Of a stretch of 64,000 nt of DNA, positions 15,121-31,290 are shown one piece after another (position 1 is the first letter of the stretch; each line of letters begins with the position of its first letter). The notes under the pieces were generated by a model. It made no database searches and was not told the origin of the DNA. It saw only the letters and a program-made list of their open reading frames with translations. Source of the DNA: the human T2T-CHM13v2.0 reference genome, Homo sapiens; the NCBI RefSeq assembly GCF_009914755.1, contig NC_060943.1, one strand, 5' to 3'. The position numbers and the translations under genes were made by a program.

Positions 15121-15413
15121 TTTTTTTTTGTTTTCGTTTGTTTGGTTTTGAGAGGAGTCTTGCTCTGTCACCCAGGCTGGAGTACAATGGCATGATCTCG
15201 GCTCACTGCAACCTCCGCCTCCCGGGTTCAAGTGATTCTCCTGCCTCAGTCTCCTGAGTAGCTGGGATTACAGGTGCCTGCCACCATGCCCGGCTAATAG
15301 AGACGGGGTTTCACCACGTTGGTCAGGCTGGTCTCGAACTCCTGACCTTGTGATCTACCCGCCTTGGCCTCCCGAAGTGCTAGGATTACAGGGATGAGCC
15401 ACCGCGCCCAGCC
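15121..15413 (-). mobile_element. Alu (AluS-like), central A-rich linker deleted
   Basis: CGGCTAATAGAGACGGGG junction. Confidence 0.9.
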
Positions 15414-16234
15414 CTATTCTGGGCTATTATTCCATGGAGAATAGGTAGAGAGAGAAGGAAATTTCCAGTGTGGAGGCACTCTCCTCTGGAGGGACCCCTC
15501 ACTTAGGCTGTGTGCTTAATCTTATCAGAGTCCAATTTGCCCAAGAGACCTCCTCAGACATGAGGAGTCGAGGATGTTGTTTATTTCTTCAGTATTTCCG
15601 TTGTAATAACATCTTTGCCAGTGTGCTTTTGAGGGTCCTTCTGTGCCAGTTACTTTTCCAACCGTTCAATTGCTGTTACCTCATTTAACCCTCTCAACAG
15701 CCCTATTGAGAGTGGATATTACTCCTCCCACCATGTTACTGATGAGGAGGCTTGGGATTCTGAATGGGCTGGTAACCAGCCACACGTCCACAGGATGCTA
15801 AGCCGCAGACCTGTGATTTGATTCTGGCTCTAGCTGACCACCAAGATGGCGCTCCCTGGCCTCGTTGCCACACTGCTTCCCCATCTGCTTTGGGGATTTT
15901 CCCAGTGACCAGGAGGACAGGGTCTGGTTTTCTATGACGGCGTGATATGGATGGTTAATCATGTCGCAAAGCCCTGCTGTCCAGCATGAGGCTTTGGTGG
16001 GTTGGAGGAAGGTGGGTGGAGAGCCTGCTGCTTGTTTCTCACAGGTGTTTGCCACACAAGAGATCAAACTTCTGTTTCCTGTTGAGATTGGTTTCCATCT
16101 CTCTCCATTCATCTCTGACACTCCCTATCTCTCTTAATTATGTCTTATACTGACGTCTATAACCCTGCTCAGCCCTCTCCCTCCAGACCCCCTCCCAGCA
16201 GCAACTGCTGTTAGTAGAGCTATTAAGAACACAG

Positions 16235-16918
<684 letters not shown>

Positions 16919-17287
16919 TCATGTTCTCCCCTGTAATATAGGGGTAATAATAACACAACCTTCTTCCAAGGATGGTTGTGAGTATTCATCAAGATTGTGC
17001 TGAACCCAGGGTACAACTCATGGCAATGACCAACAAACAGGGTCTCTTTCTATGCACACAGAAACGTCTCTCCTTACACAGTTTGTTTCTTTATTCACTG
17101 AGAAGACATGGATGTGCGCAGATATATCTTATTTTTTCTTAGAGCTGCTAGAACATTTATTTAGCAGATACTTTCTTGTGAGTGGCAGCAGTCTTCAACA
17201 GTCTAGGTATCCATTGTGAACAAGGTGAGAGCCCTGTACCCATAGAGTTCATATATTCATCAGCAAGACATAATAAAGCAATCAGTG

Positions 17288-17583
<296 letters not shown>

Positions 17584-18184
17584 CAGCAGTCATGCTTACT
17601 GCTCTGTAAGCAATAAAAGTAGATTGAAGTAGGGGCCCCCTGATCTGGGTGGTCAGGGAAGACCTCCCTGGGGAAGCCTGCCTTGAGAATAGCTAGAGCC
17701 ACACGTGCAAAGGCCCCAGGGCAAGCATGAAATTGGAAGGTCAAGGCAGCCAGTGTGGCGGGAGCATTTGGGTGATGGGGGAAGATGATGAGGCCCAAGA
17801 TATGTTGAAGAACTTTAAGCTGGAAAGCAGCTGGAGGTGATCCCTGTTTGATGTAATCCTTCTGGCTGTGGGTGGAGAATAGAATGTAGGAAGGCAAAGG
17901 TGGCCTGGGGAGGCCAGAGAGGGATCTCATGAAGTTGTTAGGATGAAAGATGATGGTGGTGGCTTGGCCTGGGAGGGAGAAAGAAAGGAAATGAATTCAG
18001 GATGTATTTTGGAGGTAGTGGCAACAGAGTTTGCTGATGGCCTTGCTGTGGAGGATGAGGGAAGGAGGGACAGGAAGGATTCTCCCATGTGTCTGCATCA
18101 TTGCTGGATCCCTGCTGACAGACACACAGGTTGTCTCCTGTGTCTCCCAACATGCATGAATGCACATCCTTGCTGGGCTGTGTC

Positions 18185-18473
18185 TTTTTTTTTTTTTTTG
18201 AGACAGGGTCTTGCTCTGTCACCCAGGCTGGAGTGCAGTGATGTGATCTCGGCTTGCTGCAGCCTCGACCTTCCCGGCTCCTGGCTCAAGCACCCTCAGC
18301 CTCCTGGATAGCTGGGACCACAGGTGCATGCCCCCATGTCCAGCTGATATTTTTTTTTTGGTAGAGATGGGGGTCTCACTATGTTGCCCAGGCTGATTTC
18401 GAACTCCTGACCTCAAGCGTTCCTCCCACCTCAGTGTCCCAAAGCCCTGGGATTACAGGTGTGAGCTACCGTG
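18185..18473 (-). mobile_element. Alu (AluJ-like)
   Basis: Antisense dimer. Confidence 0.88.
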
Positions 18474-18728
18474 AGTCTTAAGGGATGAAGGGCAAGGGCA
18501 TTTCAGGTGGAGGGAAGCATCTAAGTAAAGGCTGGGGCCCTGTTCTGGTGCTGTACAGGGAACCTCCCCTGCTCCCAGCCCAGCTCAGGCCAGAGTGTGG
18601 GGTGAGGGGCAGAGCTGTCTCCTGGGCTGTGGAACAGCAGCATCCAACCTCAATCCACTACCTGAAGCATGTGGAGTTGCTGCCCATTTTGAGATTCTTT
18701 CATGTCCTCCATCCCCCGTCTTCTCCAG

Positions 18729-18788
18729 AGCTGCTTTCTCATCTGGCCAAGTCCATTCCCCCCACCCCCCATCCTCTCTCCTCCCCAG
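18729..18788 (+). other. Candidate 60-nt exon or recursive splice site
   Basis: Long pyrimidine tract with CAG acceptor ending 18728; consensus donor CAG|GTGAGT at 18789, itself preceded by a pyrimidine tract. Confidence 0.3.
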
Positions 18789-19724
18789 GTGAGTCCAGAG
18801 TTTCAGCTAATGTTGCAGCGGCAGATGCATCACATTGGATATCCTGCCATTCTCGGGCCCTTGCTGTCTGCATTTAGGTCAGCTTTGTTTTCCTGGGGAT
18901 TGAAAGCAGTGGCTGGTGTGGCCTTTGGTTCTGGGCCAGCCTCACAAGGAGGCTGGACCTGCAGGAAGTAAACGAGAGGCCTCTTGTTTGTATGAACTTG
19001 ATTCTTCTACCATCTTTGTCCCCTGTTCCCTTCTGTGTCTTGTTTCTGGCCTTGTTCTTGAGAGTGCAGGTCCCACAGGCAGTGGCCAGTGCTGCAGGCC
19101 TCCTTTGCCCTTTCTGAGGGGCTTTGGGCATCTGGGGGACTCTAGTCCACTCAGCCAGTGAGGGCAGCTTGGTCAGTGTGAGTTTAAAACAGCATGACCT
19201 CTGAGCTCCGGTTGCCTCCTGCTCCGAGTTTCTCTCTGGCGCTGCTAGCAGGTGCTGGGCCAGGCCACTTGTCCAAATTAGCATCTCTGAGAGTTTGCCT
19301 TCTGCCTACCCAAGGGCTGTAGAATAGGTGTCACAGATTACAAGAAGGTAAAAGTTGACACATTTCAGCTCGTACCAGGTCCAAAAAGCAAAGAACGACC
19401 TGAAGGAGAAAAATATAGAGGATTAATGAGCTCAACTGAGTACCCTCCCAAGTTGCTGGAGGACATGTGAATCACTGCAGCCTTTTTAGAGCATGGGCTG
19501 AAAAAAAAAAGTTTTATGAGCCAGTACATGCGTGTGATAAAACATTCAAATGGTACAAAGAAGGTATACAATAGTCTTCTTCCCCTACTTACGATCTCCC
19601 AGTCCCCTCCTGTGAGGACACCCATGTCACACATGTTCTTCCAGAGATGAGATGCTCAATACAAAAACAAGCATGTATTATATGTGCAGTTCTGCACCTT
19701 CACCTGGAAACCATTCCGAAATGT

Positions 19725-20060
19725 AACCATGTAATTTTTCATAAACAGCCTTTGACCCAGCACTGCAACTCCTGAGAATCTACCATGCAGAAGAAAAAAA
19801 CAAATAGCCTGAGTAGAAAAGGATATTTATTGCAGCATTGTTTGCAGTGGCAAAACAAAAAACCCTGGAAATAAAACAAATGCCCATTTTTCAGGGAATG
19901 ATTGAATAAAATATGGCACATCTGTACTCTTGGCCTATCAGCTGCTAAGAAGAGTGGGTAGGAGCACTGCTTGCTGGCCTGGAGGCATTTCTGCGATGTA
20001 TTTAAGGGAAAGCAAGATTCAGAGAAGTAAATTTGATAAGATCCTGTTGATGTAAAATAC
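19725..20060 (+). mobile_element. L1ME-like fragment
   Basis: CCTTTGACCCAGCA...GGATATTTATTGCAGCATTGTTTG...CTGGAAA...AAATGCCCA. Confidence 0.7.
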
Positions 20061-20639
20061 AGCGACAAAAGTCATTGTCATTTTGTTGGGGACAGTGGGT
20101 ATCTACTTCATTCTCTTCCACGTCACATGGCCTGCTCAGCCCGGCATTCTGCCTGGGAGACCTTGCCAGGATCCTTACTTGTGGTCAGAGTAAACTTCAC
20201 CCACTGGTCATTATTAGAGGCCTGTCTGCGAGCATCCTCCACCCAGCCACAGGTGGAGAGCCCATGGCATTCGTGCTGGTAAATGCTCACCTGGGCCTCT
20301 GTCAGGCTAGGAGAGACCAGCCTGTTCCTGGGTGCCAGGTGCCATGGTGAGAATCACTTCTCACTGACCATGGCAGGCAATCTGACTGATTTCCCAGTCA
20401 CTTGGTGGGATGAACTAAGCGGAGTTTGGTGAGCCGTGAAGCGTGCAGCACCACCAAATCTGCCACTCATGAGACCAGCACAGAGGAATTACAGAAATGT
20501 TGAAGTCAGGACATCAGATCTCGGGCTGTGTTCCAGCTGAAGGTTCTGGGGGCAGAAAGCACAGGCAACAACTTAATTCACGTCCACCCCAAGCTCAGCA
20601 CACAGAGCCACCCGATGGAATGCTTCTCACACCACATTC

Positions 20640-21206
<567 letters not shown>

Positions 21207-21229
21207 CCATGCCAGATTTAAATGCAAGT

Positions 21230-22288
21230 ATCAGATCATTTCACTCATTGGAATCACTAAATGACACAGCCTGCATTTCCTGGCTTATACGTATATATGT
21301 CATTCATTCTTACCAGAATAGTGGAAACGCTGCACAAAACCAACTTAAACTGTTTTCATTTCATATTTTGGCATGTGCACATTCTACCAATATTCTACTT
21401 TTGACTTACTGATGACGAAGCAATGATAGGGAAAGGAACTGTGGGTTACCGTATCTTTCTCTTGCCTTCCATGTCATTGTTCTGCATACCTAGTTGGCTA
21501 ATTCAGGGAAGTGTGGCAAGTAAAAAAGAATGTGGCCAGGTACGGTGACTCATGCCTGTAATTCCAGCACTTTGGGAGGCTGAGGCGGGCAGACTGCTTG
21601 ACCCCAGGAGTTTGAGACCAGCCTGGGAAACATGGCGAAACTCTGTCACTACAAAATATACAAAAACTAGCCAGGGATGGTGGTGTGCACCTGTGGTCCC
21701 AGCTACTCAGGTAGCTGTGGTGGGAGGACCACTTGAGCCTGGGAGGTCAAGGTTGCAGTGAGCTGTGATCAGGTCACAGCTCTCCAGCCTGGGTGACAGA
21801 GCAAGATCCTGTTAAAAAAAAAAAAAAAAAAAAAGAATGTGAGAGGTCTCCATGGTCTTCATGTTTCTTTCTGCATTTCATGTTTCATTGCCTTCTTTCT
21901 GCTGTGTTCGAAGCAACTCCTGGCTCTAATGGAGGGGCCTCTGGGGACTGTCAGTGTCCCTGCTTACTCCCTTGTAGTTGTGATAATATGCTTACTTTAT
22001 ACTTTTTGCTTTCAATCTTGCTGAACTTGCATGCATCGTTGGTCCGCCGGAATCTGCGCTCACAGGGGATCAGGAATACTGTATGAGGATGCCATGACTA
22101 GGAGTGACAGGCACACACGTGGCTCGGATCTCTTCTGCTCACATGCATGCTCCATTGGCCCTGGACTTCACTTACAAAATACAAGTTCAAAGATAAAATG
22201 ATTTAGAATTTCAAGATGGCAACAGAGCATTAGACCAAGGGAAGGGCTCACAGCTTCTGGGGTCACACACTCATAAAGCTAGCCCCAT
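21230..22288 (-). mobile_element. hAT-Tip100 DNA transposon remnant (Zaphod/MER91-like), split by an Alu
   Basis: GACTTCACTTACAAAATACAAGTTCAAAGATAAAA...GAATTTCAAGATGGCAACAGAGCATTA resembles the recalled Zaphod/MER91 terminus. Confidence 0.6.
21534..21834 (+). mobile_element. Alu (AluJ-like)
   Basis: Dimer; TSD AAAAAAGAATGT. Confidence 0.9.
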
Positions 22289-22586
22289 CTGGGTTTGTTG
22301 CATGAAGTAACAAATACTCAATTGGAGATAGGGTTCTGTTACCACCCCAGTTTTAACTTACCTGACTTGGAGTAATAGCGTTTCATGCTAGGACTTAAAA
22401 CACTTCTAAGGCCAGCTCTATTTTTAGTGGACTATATATACGAATCAAAACATAGTCAGTATCCTTACCTGTGCCTGTTTTTCTGCCATCCACTGGTGGG
22501 TAGTGGTCCATATTGGCAGATGACATCATCAACTACCCATTTATTCAAACCAGAAACATACACATATATAGGTATACATACTGTGA

Positions 22587-22883
<297 letters not shown>

Positions 22884-22891
22884 TAAAGTGA

Positions 22892-23329
<438 letters not shown>

Positions 23330-23610
23330 TAGAGCAGTGACTTTGTTTATTGAATTCATGTAACAGGCATTTGCGGAACTGTTCTTGATATTGTGTCTTA
23401 CTCAATTTGAATCCAGCAGAAAATCAGTTTGGAAAAACCGATGAGACCCTCTGAAGGTCATTCTTAAATCTTCCTTTTCTACCACACACCCATGGCCAGT
23501 CCACCAGCAAGGCCTGTTTGTTCCTGAGCCTAAACAAATCTTCACCAGAGTTCTCCTTTCCTTCCACTGTCCTCACCCTGGGCCACCACCATATAGCAAC
23601 AGCTATCTCC

Positions 23611-23919
23611 TTTTTTTTTTTTTTTTTCTTTTGAGACAGAGTCTTGCTCTGCTGCCCAGGCTGGAATGTGGTGGTGTCATCATAGCTTACTGCAGTCTCG
23701 AACTCCTGGGCTCGAGTGATCCTCCAGCCCTCAGCCTCCTGAGTAGCTGGACTACAAGCATGTGCCACATGCCTGGCTGATTTTTTTTATTTTTATTTTC
23801 TGTAGAGACAGGGTCTTGCAGTGTTGCCCAGTCTGGCTTTGAATTCCTGGGCTAAAGCAATCCTCCCATCTTGCCTCCCAAAATGCTGGGATTACAGGCA
23901 TAAACCACCATGCCTGGCC
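23611..23919 (-). mobile_element. Alu (AluJ-like) inside a sense L2 (about 23460-24170)
   Basis: Dimer; flank CAGCCAGAGGGATCTTTCAAAACTGTAAATCAGA is L2-like. Confidence 0.9.
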
Positions 23920-24216
23920 TCTCTCTGCTTCTTTTGAACACTGACAATCTCTGTGAAACAGCCAGAGGGATCTTTCAAAACTGTAAATCAGAACATATCA
24001 TTCCCCTGCTTCCCATCACACTAAAAAGCATGTGGCTGACTGCGGCCACACAGCGCCTCGAGCACCAGCTATGTCTTGAGGCACACCCTCCCTTGCTGCA
24101 GCCATCCAGCCACATGGGCTCCCTGCGTGTTTCTTTGAACAGACTCATGTATCCTTCTCCATCTCCTGGGATTCTCTGATTTTTTTTTTTTCTTAGAGAA
24201 TTTATTACCAATCTAA

Positions 24217-24606
<390 letters not shown>

Positions 24607-25189
24607 TAATCCATGGTCTTTTGTGACCGGCTTTCACTCAACATCATGTTTTCATGGCCCATCCATGTCACGCATGGATTCTTGCTTCATTCCTTTTATG
24701 GCTGAATATTCCATTGTATGGAGGTACCACATTTTGTTAATTCTTCAGCTAATGGACATTCTGGGTTATCCTTACTCCCACTTTTCACATAGCTTCCTTC
24801 TGCTTTTTCTTTAGTTCTGGGCTTAAATTCATTCTGGTTCTCACCACTGAACTTATATATGTACCTGTTTGCTTACTTCTTTACTCTGGTCCCCTAGTCT
24901 GGACGGTACATTTTGTGAGGGCAGGTACATTTTGTTCACCGTACCTAGCATCCTACCCCACACAGTGTCCAGAGTGAGGTAGTGCCCATTATTGAATGAA
25001 TGACTCAACATCTCATATATTTCTCACTTTACCTCTCCCTAAGGCAAAGTGATCGTAACCCCACTCTGTATCTGGGAAGTTCTAGCTTTCTCCCTGGTGT
25101 TGAGGAGAGCAAGGCATCCTAAAGCATGAGGATACTTTAAATAGTGGCAGGTTACTAGAAGGATTTCTTTGGTGTAAAATACTGTCCCA

Positions 25190-25680
25190 TCACTCATCTG
25201 CTATGCAAGACTACCGGCTCATTTGAAAAGCCCATTTGGCTGCCAGTAACAGACACCAGAAATAACAGTGGTGTAAACTCAGTGGAAGGCAGTTTCTGTC
25301 CTGAGTAAGACATCCAGAGATAGGCAGTCCGTGCCTGGTGTGGCAGCTTCACAGTCATCAAGAAAAGCAGAGTGCTTTGATGCAGGGTCCTTCTGCTCAC
25401 CATCCCTAGCACAGGGCCTTTGTCCTTAAGGTGGCTTCATGGCCCAGTGTGACTGCTGGAGTCAAGCTAGTGAGTCTGGAGTCCAGGTGGGAATAGGGTG
25501 AGGGAGAGGCACAAAAGCATAGTCCAGCTTTGCGTTTCTGCTGAGGAATTTTCCTCAAAGTCCCACAGCTTGTATTTACCTTGCATTGGCCAGGCTGGCT
25601 GCAAGGGAGGTTGGGAAATGTAGTCTTAGCTGAGCATCCTGAGAAGGAAGAGAAGAATGGCTGCTGGGTGGGCACTTAGC
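25190..25680 (-). mobile_element. Ancient MaLR LTR (MLT1-like)
   Basis: TTTGGCTGCCAGTAACAGA...GCTGCAAGGGAGGTTGGGAAATGTAGTCTT. Confidence 0.65.
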
Positions 25681-25896
25681 AACTGGAGTTGATACATTTC
25701 CTGCCCGCAGTACCCAGGTCCATCACAGCCAGCTTCTGCCCATTGGCCTGGACCTTCAAGCCTTAAGTGACCAGAATCAGAGCACGGACTTTCTGTGTGT
25801 GTCTGGTTGACCAGAGGGTGGGATTTTGAGGCTTGTCAAGGAGCATCAGTTCAAGAAACCTACCATATCACCAGCTATAAGAATAATGGTAGCTCT

Positions 25897-26206
25897 GGCC
25901 AGGTGTGGTGGCTCACACCTGTAATCTCAGCATTTTGTGAGGCTGAGGCAGGAGGATTCCCTGAGGTCACAAGTTTGAGACCAGCCTGGGCCACTTAGCA
26001 AGACCATATCTGCACAAAACTTTTTTAAAAAGCATTACCCAGGTGTGGTGATGCACACCTGTAGTCCCAGCTACTCAGGAGGCTGAGACGAGAGGATCAA
26101 CTGAGCCCAGGAGTTCAAGACTGCAGTGAGCTATGACTGCACCACTGCACTCCACCCTGGGCAACAGAGTGAGACCCCGTCTCTCTCTCTATATATATAA
26201 ATAAAT
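25897..26206 (+). mobile_element. Alu (AluJ-like)
   Basis: Perfect 16-bp TSD AGAATAATGGTAGCTC at 25880-25895 and 26207-26222; an antisense MIR follows. Confidence 0.92.
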
Positions 26207-26889
26207 AGAATAATGGTAGCTCACACTTAATGCATACTTAGTGCATAATAAGTCTTGTTCTAAACAATTTTTGTGGAGTAATTTTTTTACTTAATCCTCA
26301 CAACACCCTTACTATTATCCCCATTTTGGAGATGAGGAAACTGAGGCACAGAGAGGGTAAGTCACCGTAGACTTTCTCACTGTTAGTAATTTTTTTTTTC
26401 CGTTCATTCTTCCCTTTCAATGTGTTATGAATAAGAGGATTACAAAATAAAGCCTGACCTATTTTGGTAGATTGACCACTGTTCTGTCTTCCATCTGATT
26501 AGCTGGGGTCTGGAGAGTGCTTTGTGGAAAAGCACCCAACAGTCGAAACCACATTGACAGGCTGTTTTCATAGGCGTTCAGGAAGGGGCTTAACTGTTGG
26601 CACATCCAGCAAATGGCTGGTGACAGGAAGAAAAAGGATCCACAGCTATGCAGGATTTCCGCAGCCCCTGAGCCTGGGGCCAGCCGACCACAGTGCCTGT
26701 GTGCCAGTGGGCTGGGCCTGGCCTTTAAAATGACAGTCACCCTGGCTGCCCTTAGTAGTGTGTTAAGGAGAAAGAAGCTATTCTCTCTTCAGGTCCCCAA
26801 GCATTAATTCGGGCACCAGGTCATCTTTCTAGCTGCCTCTGATCAGCCATGCTCAGTGGAAATCTTTGAGTCCCACAATTCATCTCTGA

Positions 26890-27191
26890 GTTTTTTTTGT
26901 TTTTTTTTTGTTTTTTGAGATGGAGTCTCACTCTGTCGCCCAGGCTGGAGTGCAGTGGCACTATCTTGGCTCACTGCAACCTCTGCCTCCAAGCAATTCT
27001 CCTGTCTCAGCCTCCCGAGTAGCTGGGACTACAGGCGTGTGCCACCACACCCAGCTAATTTTTGTATTTTTAGTAGAGACAGGGTTTCGCCATGTTGGCC
27101 AGGCTGGTCTCAAACTCTTGACCTCAGGTGATCTGCCTGCCTCAGCCTCCCAAAGTGCTGGGATTACAGGCGTGAGCCACCGTGCCCGGCT
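26890..27191 (-). mobile_element. Alu (AluSx-like)
   Basis: Antisense dimer. Confidence 0.92.
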
Positions 27192-27634
27192 TTTAGCTGA
27201 GTCTTTCTGAGACCCCTTCAGGTCCATGTTGGTGGCTCTCTGCAGACTCTCCAGGGTGGTGGCACAGCACGTGGCCCCCGGCTGCAGCAGGTGTTTCAGT
27301 TAGGAATGATTCAGCCGCAGCTAGCAGAATTCACAAGAGACATTGTCACCTCAACACATAGGCGGTCCTTTGTGTCATATAACAATGTCTGGAGAGAGAG
27401 GCTGGCAGGTTCAGTGGCTGACAGGTCAACACCAGCACTGCTCTGACCCTCTTGCCGCCATGGCCTTAAGACAGCTGTTGGACCCAGAGAACTCAGCCCT
27501 TCTAGTCTGGGCAGGGTAGTTCTGGGGACAAGGGGACTCTCTCAAATCCAGCTATCACATCTGCATATCTGCATTCCAAGCTGGAGAAAAGGCAGACTGG
27601 TGAAGGGGAAAATGACTGTTAGATGAGTCTGATC

Positions 27635-27935
27635 CTTTTTTTTTTTTTTGGAGACAGAATCTTGCTCTGTCACCCAGGCTGCAATGCAGTGATGCAGTCA
27701 TGGCTCACTACAGCCTTGATCTCCTGGGCTCAAGTGATCTTCCTGCCTCAGCCTCCCAAGTAGCTGGGGCTACAGGTGCACATCTCCATGCCTGAGTAAT
27801 TTTTCTATTTTTCTTTAATAGAGATGGGGTCTTGCTGTGTTGCCCAGGCTGGTCTCTAACTCCTGGGCTCAAGCAATCTGCCTGCCTTGGCCTCCCAAAG
27901 TACTGGGATTACAGGCGTGAGCCACTGCACCCCGC
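27635..27935 (-). mobile_element. Alu (AluJ-like), following an antisense MLT1-like LTR (about 27290-27630)
   Basis: Antisense dimer. Confidence 0.9.
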
Positions 27936-28340
27936 GTATGAATCCAGTCCTTTTTGTGAGGAGAGGGGAAATGCTTCTCTAGAATTCCTGAATGAGAAAC
28001 CTTTGCCCTCCCCAAGGTTCTGAAGATACGCACCTGTGCTGTCTTCTAGACATGTTCATATTTTTCCTTTTTCATTTAGGTCTTTGACCCATCTGACATT
28101 GATGTCTGTATATGGAAGGAGACAGAGTTCAAGGCTAAGCTCATACTCTTCACTGTTGCATTTAGTAGGCACCATTGTTGGTGGTTCTAGAGCCAGACCC
28201 GCTGGGTTCAAATCCCTCCTGGCTGTGCCGTCTACTTGCTGTGTGATCTTGGGCAAGGTACCTCTCTGTACTTGAGTTTTCTGGTCTGTTAAAAATGGAG
28301 ATCATAGTACAACCTACTTCACAGGTTATTAAGAGGTTTA

Positions 28341-28978
<638 letters not shown>

Positions 28979-30912
28979 TCACTGAGGTTACCCTCTCTTC
29001 ATCTTTACAAGAAGTTGCCAGATAGCTCTCCCAAAATGTTTGTTCCCATTTCCACCCCCACCCGCAGTGACTGAGTGTTCCCCTTACTCCACAACTTCAG
29101 CACATTTGGTGTTGTCAGCCTGGCATTTCGGCCAATCTGCTGTGTGTGGAATGGCCACACAGCATTTTCTTCCCAGAGCAGCTTATCTGCAGAGGTCTGT
29201 CTGTGAGCCCACTCTACCACGGAGTTACTTAGGCTGGGCTGGAGGCAGGACCACCGTGGGGCCCCCAGCACAGTGAAATCCTCATAGCTGTGTGTTCAGA
29301 GCACCACACTAGCACGCCTATCTTCTGGAGAGGGTGAGGCGGTGGGGCCGGGGGTCAGGGGGTACAGGAAATGAGAAAGAGACCCTCAAAGTCAGTGACC
29401 CAACCTTAGTCGTGTTTGTAGACCGCATCAATCCGCAAAAGAACCAGCGCTAAATCATTATTGTGTGCTATTAATAGAATATAGGTCATAAGAGGAAACA
29501 TGATTAATTGCAAGATGATCTCAGTGGCTGTTGAGGGCCTAGATTTTCCCAAGGCAAAGTCCTTTCCTCACTTATCAGCTTTTCTTTGTTGGGATGTAGG
29601 CTAGAGGCAGCTGAATGAACAGATATTTCCCTAAGTCATTATTTCAAAGACTGGACAGGGATGGGTATAATGGGAATCTTCTCTAAATGAAGGATGATTG
29701 AACCACTTTATTAGTAGTTGAGTAATCCCTGATGCCACAGTGATGCTCTGGCGGTCTAGAAAGGAGAGTGAAGCTTACAGCAAAGGCTGCAGTGGGTTTG
29801 GTTCTTCCAGACCAGCCACTTACACAGCGGCACAGAAGAGAAAGGCCTGGCTGTCCCCCATCACCACTCAGTCAAGAGAGAGTGCCTGTGGCCAGGCCCT
29901 CTTAGAGGCTGGGTAGACACTGCCCAGGGTGTTTATTCTGCTCCAAGACAGAAACAGAAGAGAACCTCCTGCCGTCTTGGGACACAGAGAAAAGAGCTGG
30001 TAGGCCTGGGCCCAGCAGGCTAATAATCTGCCCACTTGGAAGCAGATGCCAGCAACAGTTGCAATCTCTGGCCGGTTAGATTGGCCAGCCCTTCTTCCTC
30101 GGGGAGGGGGAGGGGGGTGGACGAGGTAAAGGGGAGTGAAGAGGTATGAGCGGATGATCCTTTCCATATGAATTGAGGTGGAAATACGAGGGTGGGGTAG
30201 AAAATCCTGGCCCAGAAGTACAGGTCCAGGAACAAGAAAGGGCAGGTGCTCCAGCCAGCCTTGAGGTCAGGGGAGAAGTGACCTGGCCAGCCCAGCAGAA
30301 ACAGCTCACCTGGAGCCATGGTGATAATGCCTGCTTCATAGGGTTTCATGAGGGTTGAAATCAAGGTCATTAACATGTAAGTGTTCTGAAATGTCATATG
30401 AAAGACTGGTTTTCAGTATGTTGATTATGGTCTTGTGGAACTTTTGACAGACACTTCCTTGTAGGCCTGTTTTATAAAGCAGGAAAAAATGGAGCTGCCG
30501 GAGGTGAGATGAGGGTGTGGGGCCTGGAGCCTCGCTTGCAGCCTTCCTTTACCCTCTGCAGTCTCCTCGGAGGACTGTACTCAGGGGAGTTCAAGGTGAA
30601 ACCTCCTGGGGGTCTCGGGGAGCCCGGCACTGCCCCCCAGCTGGCCCTGGGCCCCAGATAAGTCATTTATGCATTTTGGACCCCAGTTTGCTTTTCCACC
30701 AAGTGGACAGACAAGTCAGACTAGATCAAAGCATTCTTCACTTAGTTCCTACGGACAGGGGCTTCAGAATTCTTTGACATCTTTGAGACAGGCAGTATTT
30801 TGTGCTTTTTTTCCTGGAGGGACATGACATAGTTTTGTTTCGTCAGCTTCTTAGAAGGGTCATGTTCGCCCAAACATGAAGGAGTGCTGTATTGATTCCT
30901 CAGGTCCCTTCC

Positions 30913-31290
30913 TGTGCTGTTAGTTTGTTGTAAGCGACAGAACCTCCCCAACTCAAATTGACTTAAACTGCAAAGGGAAGTTAATGGTTCAGGGACCTGA
31001 AAAATCCCAGAGCTGGCCCAGCTGGAGTCAGTACTCAGGTATTCTCATCAGGAATTTACCCCTCTTTATTTCCAGACTCTGCCTTTCTCAGGTTTAACTT
31101 AATTCTCGGCCCCTTCCTCCTGCCCCACCTCTGCTCACCCTCAGGTGGCAAAGAAGTCCTCAGCAGTCCCCCTGCCTTACCACCCATCTGTTTCCGTCAG
31201 AAATTGCAGCAAAATGTCCAGGGCCCACTCTGATTGGCCGTGCTTGGCTCACGTGTCTCTCCCAGAGCCAATCCCTATGGCTGAGGGGAG
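30913..31290 (-). mobile_element. Ancient LTR (LTR33/MLT1-like)
   Basis: TTGTTGTAAGCGACAGAACC...CCAACTCAAATTGACTTAAA...CTCTGATTGGCC...GAGCCAATCCC. Confidence 0.6.

Noticed and set aside
26350-26365. Donor-like AGG|GTAAGT
   Set aside because: Lies in an antisense MIR core with no good upstream acceptor noticed.
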